Made by a program: the position numbers and the translations under genes
Source: an uncultured Flavobacteriaceae bacterium
GTDB lineage: Bacteria; Bacteroidota; Bacteroidia; Flavobacteriales; Flavobacteriaceae
Assembly: GCA_913052585.1 (NCBI GenBank)
Contig: CAJXEB010000004.1
Location: 2,621-66,620, forward strand
DNA length: 64,000 nt
Direction: 5' to 3'
Notes under the pieces: model-generated
What the model was told of the DNA's origin: nothing
The model's input: the letters and a program-made list of their open reading frames with translations, nothing else
Databases searched by the model: none
Part shown: positions 58,349-64,000 of the stretch, piece after piece
How the letters are laid out: every line of letters begins with the position of its first letter
Position numbering within the stretch: the stretch's first letter is position 1

Positions 58349-60841
58349 CTAAAATGAAAAACTAAAATTTCCTGTTATTCCGAAGTTTCTTACTCCTGGA
58401 TTATCTAAATAGTTACCACGGAAATTAAGTTGAAGAGAAAGTATTTTAAAAATATTACCTACTCCAGCACTCCATTCCCAATAAATATCTTCCGGAGATT
58501 GATAAATAATCGGCAATCCATCGACCCCAACATTAATCGAATTATTCTCTTCAGAAATTTGACCCCAAACCGCTCTAAAGCCAACTAGTTCACGTAAGTT
58601 TAATTCTCGAAGCAAAGGAACCCTTCCAAATAAGCGTCCACCAAAATTATGGCTTAAATGAAAAGACGCATAGGTGTCACTTACAAATTCGTAGTAATCT
58701 AATTGTGTAAATGTATTATAAATACTCCATAGTGTTTGATTTCCAGGAATAGGACTTAACAAGCCTAAAGGAACAGTACCAAATACTTTCCCTAACTCAA
58801 TGGTGGTATTTAACCTTCCCAGACCTCCAACATTCCAAGGTTGTGTATATAAGGTTTGAATCCTGTGATAGTCGAAGTCACTTTTTAAAACATTCTCTAA
58901 ACCAAAAGTATACCCTAGAAAAAAGGAAGGGAAATCACTTCTATTTATCACTCTCCTTTCTACTCCAAATCCAGAAGTTTTACGTCCTGGCGTATAATTA
59001 ATCCCTAATTCTAATTCGGATTGTTTTAACTCGTCTTTTATAGTTCCGTTTTTATCATAATAACTCAAACTAAAGGTTTCTGAAGCAGATTTTAATGTTC
59101 GATAGGAACCTGTTACTCTAAATATGAAATTTTTTACTGGCTCCATTTGGTATCCTACGGTAGAAAGTTCGATATTGGTTAATCGATCGTTTGAACCAAT
59201 TGTAACTAAACCAGAAGACGCCCTATTTCTTCCTAATATATCTTTACTATTGGTTAAACTTGCTCCAGTTTGCTCAATATCTTTTCGATGCCCTCCAAAT
59301 AAAATCTTTCGATTTTTTTTACTTACCAATACTTTACCAGATAAGCCATATTTAAATTTCTCATCTTTAAATCCATAAGCACCAAAACCTTCTAGTCGCC
59401 ACATATCATTTTGACCAAAATAAGTTCTTCCTCCAAGCCTAAGTCGCAATCCTTCTACATCATTATATCCAAAAATAGAATATATAGGTCCCGCATCAAA
59501 TCCTTTAAATTCATAATAACCACTGGCAAGAGTAGCTCCTAAAGTATATAGTCTTTTAAAACTAGGAACATTTTTTAAGGTGTCTAACATTTTATAAACC
59601 CCTTTTTCATCTTTACTTAGAGACTCCATTCTTCTTTCTTCCCAAAAATCATCGGGTCGATTATAAACTTCATATTCGTAAGGATCTATATTTTCTTTAT
59701 AAAGTTTTTCTTCTTTAGGAATATCAAATTCATATTTATCAAACAGTGTTGTTCTTTTTCCGTACAATCCGTGTGCACTTTCTTTTTTTCTCAAACTAAA
59801 GTCACTTAACATGTAATCTTTAGTTATTAAAAATGTAGAATCATTTAACACATCGTATTCTTGCTCAATATATATTTCACGAACCCAATTTAAATTAGCA
59901 CTTTTTGATGCTTGCAGATTAATTTCTTTAATAGCCCAAGTGGTATCATTTACCCAAAAATCCCCTTTAAAAGTCAATTCGTTTTTTCTTCTTGGGTAAT
60001 AGACGATATTATAACACCATTTATCACCTATATAGGCGCTATCTAGCAATACATAATTATATACGTTAATACCAGTGGTCGACAATGGGCTTGTAAATGC
60101 TACATCAAAAAACTTTAAATGATTGTCATAAATATCAAAATCTGAATACAAATCTTTTACTAACTCTATCAGAGTTTGGTTGTTTTCAAAGCCTGAGTTT
60201 TTATTTCCTTCTAATATTTCTGTTTCTTTATCAATTACATTATCACCATAAACTTTAGAATAAGCTTCATTGATAAATACTGGTAAATAAGTGTTTCCGG
60301 TTATTCTTGATGTATCAACTTGATCAAAGATAAATTCCATCCCTCTGAAAGCCTTACTCTTTATAAGGTTACTATCGATGGTATTTAGATCGAATTCTAA
60401 TTTTTCGTATTTATTGTAGGAATACTGATCAAACTTTCTAACTCCATTTTCTCTTCTATTTTCCCAAATTTTACGAAGAATATCAATAGCAGGATTGTTT
60501 TTTTTGGATTGTTTTCCGCTAAAAATCACCACTTCACCTAGAGAAGCAGATTCTTCTTTTAAAACGACAATCATTTTAAAGTTACTCTTTTTTTCGAGAT
60601 CTAATTCTAAAGTAGCATACCCAATAAATGAAAATACCACAGTGGCATAGGTATCATCTGTCTCTAAATAGAATCTTCCATTTTCATTGCTAATCGTTCC
60701 TTCATTAGAATCTTTAAAAAAAACATTCGCAAAAGCAACTGGATCACCAAATTCATCTTTTATCTCACCACTTACCTTGGTTTGGGATTGAACCAACGAA
60801 GTTAGAAAAATTAATAAATAAAAATAAAAATATTTCGTCAA
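58349..60841 (-). CDS. Carboxypeptidase-regulatory-like + DUF5686-type outer-membrane barrel protein
   Basis: G.I.D..GDP..FANV, YEKLEFD, F.SPLS, F.GDFW.ND, YNDVEG.RLR, YEF.SD.Y, terminal FSFSF. Confidence 0.8.
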   Translation of the reverse strand: MTKYFYFYLLIFLTSLVQSQTKVSGEIKDEFGDPVAFANVFFKDSNEGTISNENGRFYLETDDTYATVVFSFIGYATLELDLEKKSNFKMIVVLKEESASLGEVVIFSGKQSKKNNPAIDILRKIWENRRENGVRKFDQYSYNKYEKLEFDLNTIDSNLIKSKAFRGMEFIFDQVDTSRITGNTYLPVFINEAYSKVYGDNVIDKETEILEGNKNSGFENNQTLIELVKDLYSDFDIYDNHLKFFDVAFTSPLSTTGINVYNYVLLDSAYIGDKWCYNIVYYPRRKNELTFKGDFWVNDTTWAIKEINLQASKSANLNWVREIYIEQEYDVLNDSTFLITKDYMLSDFSLRKKESAHGLYGKRTTLFDKYEFDIPKEEKLYKENIDPYEYEVYNRPDDFWEERRMESLSKDEKGVYKMLDTLKNVPSFKRLYTLGATLASGYYEFKGFDAGPIYSIFGYNDVEGLRLRLGGRTYFGQNDMWRLEGFGAYGFKDEKFKYGLSGKVLVSKKNRKILFGGHRKDIEQTGASLTNSKDILGRNRASSGLVTIGSNDRLTNIELSTVGYQMEPVKNFIFRVTGSYRTLKSASETFSLSYYDKNGTIKDELKQSELELGINYTPGRKTSGFGVERRVINRSDFPSFFLGYTFGLENVLKSDFDYHRIQTLYTQPWNVGGLGRLNTTIELGKVFGTVPLGLLSPIPGNQTLWSIYNTFTQLDYYEFVSDTYASFHLSHNFGGRLFGRVPLLRELNLRELVGFRAVWGQISEENNSINVGVDGLPIIYQSPEDIYWEWSAGVGNIFKILSLQLNFRGNYLDNPGVRNFGITGNFSFSF

Positions 60842-60915
60842 AAGTAATTCGATGTTAAGATATTGATTGATAGAAAAGTGATTTACAAAGTCAGTGTAAA
60901 AAGTGTGATATAAGT

Positions 60916-61893
60916 TTATTTATATAACACTTTTTTTACTGCTTTTATTACATCACTATTATTAGGCAACCATTCTGCAAGTAAAACTGGAGAAAATGGC
61001 GCTGGAGTATCTGCTGTATTTATTTTAATAATTGGAGCATCTAAATAATCGAAAGCTTGCTCTTGAACTTGATATGTGATTTCTGTTGAAACATTTCCAA
61101 AAGGCCACGCTTCTTCTAAAATCACTAAACGGTTCGTTTTTTTAACAGACTCTACAATTGTTTTATGATCTAATGGTCTTACAGTACGTAAATCAATAAC
61201 CTCACATTCAATGCCTTCTTCAGAAAGTACATCCGCTGCTTTATAGGCTTCTTTAATAATTTTACCAAAAGATACGATAGTCACATCTGTTCCTTTTCTT
61301 TTAATTTCAGCAACTCCTATAGGAATTAAATACTCCCCTTCTGGAACTTCAGCTTTATCTCCATACATTTGTTCACTTTCCATAAAGATAACAGGATCAT
61401 CATCTCTAATAGCACTTTTTAGAAGACCTTTTGCGTCTTTAGGATTGCTAGGCACTACTACTTTTAAACCCGGACAATTAGCGAACCAACTTTCAAAGGC
61501 TTGAGAATGTGTAGCAGCAAGTTGGCCAGCAGAAGCTGTTGGACCTCTAAAAACAATAGGAATATTAAATTGCCCTCCACTCATCTGACGCATTTTTGCG
61601 GCATTATTTATTATCTGATCAATTCCTACTAATGAGAAATTAAAAGTCATATATTCTATTATAGGTCTGTTTCCATTCATAGCAGAACCAATAGCGATTC
61701 CAGAAAAACCAAGTTCAGCTATTGGAGTATCAATAACTCTTAACTCACCAAATTCATCCAACATTCCTTTACTGGCTTTATAAGCACCATTGTATTCGGC
61801 AACTTCTTCACCCATTAAGTAAACGCTTTCGTCACGACGCATTTCTTCGCTCATCGCTTCACAAATAGCTTCTCTAAATTGAATTGTTTTCAT
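60916..61893 (-). CDS. pdhB: Pyruvate dehydrogenase E1 beta subunit
   Basis: GEEVAEYNGAYK.SKG, DTPIAE.GF, EYMTFNF, QIINNAAK, ATHSQ. Confidence 0.93.
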   Translation of the reverse strand: MKTIQFREAICEAMSEEMRRDESVYLMGEEVAEYNGAYKASKGMLDEFGELRVIDTPIAELGFSGIAIGSAMNGNRPIIEYMTFNFSLVGIDQIINNAAKMRQMSGGQFNIPIVFRGPTASAGQLAATHSQAFESWFANCPGLKVVVPSNPKDAKGLLKSAIRDDDPVIFMESEQMYGDKAEVPEGEYLIPIGVAEIKRKGTDVTIVSFGKIIKEAYKAADVLSEEGIECEVIDLRTVRPLDHKTIVESVKKTNRLVILEEAWPFGNVSTEITYQVQEQAFDYLDAPIIKINTADTPAPFSPVLLAEWLPNNSDVIKAVKKVLYK

Positions 61894-62034
61894 ATTTAAT
61901 CTTCTAATTTATTTGCAAATCTGAATCGTATCAGATTTAAAAAATTAACTACATAATTTCCTTTTAATAAAAAGGAATCGCAAAAATACTATTATTTATA
62001 TTTGGCTCCCTATTATTTCTAAAGATTTAACTAA

Positions 62035-62058
62035 TTTTATTATGCATGCATAATAAAA
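62035..62058. promoter_or_regulatory. Perfect 24-bp palindrome (candidate operator) between divergent pdhB and etfBA
   Basis: TTTTATTATGCATGCATAATAAAA; etfB -7 element TATATTTG at 62075-62082. Confidence 0.65.
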
Positions 62059-62150
62059 AACGTAAAAATATACCTATATTTGCAGCTCGAAATTTGAAGG
62101 ATTTTTACAAGATAAATTTCTTTAAAAGATATAAATAATAAAAATTTACT

Positions 62151-62891
62151 ATGAAAATATTAGTGTGCATAAGTCACGTACCAGACACTACCTCTAAAAT
62201 TAATTTTACGGAAGGAGACTCTAAATTTGACACTAATGGTGTTCAATTTGTAATTAATCCTAATGATGAATTTGGATTAACACGTGCTATGTGGTTTAAA
62301 GAGAAACAAGGCGCAACGGTTCATGTTGTAAATGTTGGAGGACCAGAAACAGAACCAACCTTAAGAAAAGCATTGGCAATTGGTGCAGACGAAGCAATAA
62401 GAGTAAACACTCCTGCAACTGATGGTTTTTATGTCGCAAAACAATTAGCAAATATTGCTAAAGAAGGCGGATATGATTTAGTTATTGGCGGTCGTGAATC
62501 TATTGATTATAATGGTGGAATGGTTCCAGGAATGATTGCGAAATTAACAGGTGCTAATTTTGTAAATATGTGTAATAGTCTTGAAGTAGAAGGAACTAAT
62601 GCAACTGTAGCTCGTGAGATTGATGGTGGTAAAGAAATTATAAATACTACACTACCTCTAGTTGTAGGTGGCCAAAAAGGTATTGTTGAAGAAGCTGATC
62701 TTCGCATACCAAATATGAGAGGTATTATGCAAGCACGTAGCAAGCCATTAAATGTAAAAGAACCGATAGAGGCCAATACAGAAACAAAAATTACAGGTTT
62801 CTCTAAACCAGATTCAAAAGGTTCTGTAAAGTTAGTGGGTAATGTTGATGAATTAATCGACCTATTACATAATGAAGCTAAAGTAATTTAG
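62151..62891 (+). CDS. etfB: Electron transfer flavoprotein beta subunit
   Basis: MKILVCI..VPD, INP.DE, LRKALAIGAD, G..SID, RE.DGG, RIPNMRGIM. Confidence 0.95.
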   Translation: MKILVCISHVPDTTSKINFTEGDSKFDTNGVQFVINPNDEFGLTRAMWFKEKQGATVHVVNVGGPETEPTLRKALAIGADEAIRVNTPATDGFYVAKQLANIAKEGGYDLVIGGRESIDYNGGMVPGMIAKLTGANFVNMCNSLEVEGTNATVAREIDGGKEIINTTLPLVVGGQKGIVEEADLRIPNMRGIMQARSKPLNVKEPIEANTETKITGFSKPDSKGSVKLVGNVDELIDLLHNEAKVI

Positions 62892-62953
62892 ATTCAGGTT
62901 AAATTATTCCGAAATGATTCGGAATTTTATATCATTAAAAGATTGTTTAAAAT

Positions 62954-62980
62954 AGATCCTGAACCTAGTTCAGGATGACA
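62954..62980. repeat. ATGACA-tagged hairpin (REP-like half element) between etfB and etfA
   Basis: ag-atcctgaac-cta-gttcaggat-gaca. Confidence 0.6.
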
Positions 62981-62991
62981 AAAAAAAAAAT

Positions 62992-63960
62992 ATGTCAGTA
63001 TTAGTATATACAGAATCTGAAGGAGGTAAGTTTAAAAAAGTTGCTTTCGAAGCCGTATCTTATGCAAAAGGGATCGCCGATATGTTAGGAACCTCGGTTA
63101 CTGCAGTATCTATAAACGGTAACAATGTTGAACAACTAGGACAATATGGAGCTTCTAAAGTGCTTCAAGTTTCTAATGATCAATTACAAAATTTTAATGC
63201 TTTAGCTTATGCAGATACTATTTCTCAAGCTGCAAAAAATGAAGCTTCACAAGTAGTAATAATTTCATCTAGTGCAAACAGCAAGTATTTGGCGCCTTCA
63301 TTAGCGGTAAACTTGGAAGCTGGTTTTGTACCAAATGTAACTGAATTACCAACAAGCACTTCACCTTTTAATGTAACTTCAACCGTATTTTCAAATAAAG
63401 CATTTGCTACCACAGAAATTACTGCTGAAACAAAATTAATTGGACTTGCAAAAAATGCTTTTGGAGTTTTAGAAAACGAAACTTCTGTAACTGTAGAAGA
63501 TTTTTCTCCAAGTTTCTCAGATAGTGACTTTGACACCAAAGTGACTTCTGTAGAAAAAGCAAATGACAAAGTAACTATTGCTGATGCTGATATCGTAATA
63601 TCTGGTGGACGTGGATTGAAAGGTCCTGAAAACTGGGGAATGATTGAAGAATTAGCTGAAGTATTAGGTGCTGCTACCGCTTGTTCAAAACCAGTGAGCG
63701 ATTTAGGCTGGAGACCTCATAGCGAACACGTGGGACAAACAGGAAAACCAGTATCTTCTAATTTATATATTGCAATCGGTATTTCTGGAGCAATTCAACA
63801 TTTAGCAGGAGTAAACTCTTCAAAAGTTAAAGTTGTTATCAATAACGACCCTGAAGCACCTTTCTTTAAATCTGCTGATTATGGTATCGTTGGAGACGCT
63901 TTTGAGTTTGTACCACAACTAATAGAAAAATTAAAGGAGTTTAAAACCAATAACGCATAA
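62992..63960 (+). CDS. etfA: Electron transfer flavoprotein alpha subunit
   Basis: SGGRG, VGQTGK, YIAIGISGAIQHLAG, IN.DPEAP.F..ADYG.VGD. Confidence 0.96.
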   Translation: MSVLVYTESEGGKFKKVAFEAVSYAKGIADMLGTSVTAVSINGNNVEQLGQYGASKVLQVSNDQLQNFNALAYADTISQAAKNEASQVVIISSSANSKYLAPSLAVNLEAGFVPNVTELPTSTSPFNVTSTVFSNKAFATTEITAETKLIGLAKNAFGVLENETSVTVEDFSPSFSDSDFDTKVTSVEKANDKVTIADADIVISGGRGLKGPENWGMIEELAEVLGAATACSKPVSDLGWRPHSEHVGQTGKPVSSNLYIAIGISGAIQHLAGVNSSKVKVVINNDPEAPFFKSADYGIVGDAFEFVPQLIEKLKEFKTNNA

Positions 63961-64000
63961 TTTTTTATTATTTTGTGCCTGAATAAAAGGGCTGTTTAAT

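Noticed and set aside
62980-62990. A11 tract before etfA as a phase-variation switch
   Set aside because: It is non-coding, A-rich translation initiation regions are normal in Bacteroidota, and nothing shows length variation.
1-64000. Prophage, IS, integron or anti-phage defence island
   Set aside because: I recognised no integrase, transposase, phage structural or defence domains, and tRNA-Glu is followed directly by rpsT with no att-like duplication seen.

Overview
This is an AT-rich chromosomal window from a Bacteroidota genome, most likely a marine Flavobacteriaceae (inferred from TAnnTTTG promoters, T9SS cargo, and GLPGLI and DUF5686-type genes). It has no CRISPR array, prophage, integrase or transposase. 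1-13 kb is housekeeping (folE end, cysS, yidD, lgt, FadL-like barrel with a low-complexity lipoprotein, proS, tRNA-Glu, rpsT, coaD, ddl, RluA, yaaA). 13-21 kb holds accessory genes, a pseudogene and hutU. The core is a ~19 kb minus-strand run (38942->19955): TetR, paaE-A-B-C-D-G, a Ser/Thr-dehydratase-like enzyme, paaH-I-J, PaaZ fused to a DinB-like domain, a crotonase, paaY, then E2, an IlvE-type aminotransferase and a fused E1alpha/beta, with phenylalanine hydroxylase divergent. The cluster has no phenylacetate-CoA ligase (paaK). My best candidate for an undescribed system is therefore a ligase-free route Phe -> phenylpyruvate -> phenylacetyl-CoA -> Paa pathway using a dedicated 2-oxoacid dehydrogenase; this is an inference from gene context. 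Other notable items are an acyl-ACP desaturase bracketed by a 23-bp direct repeat inside a GLPGLI/two-component locus, a membrane pyrophosphatase fused to YceI, a decayed HTTM gene after an imelysin/di-haem cluster, TGTCAT...ATGACA palindromic elements (one inside paaH), and several operator-like palindromes. All family calls come from motif recognition by eye; no database searches were run.
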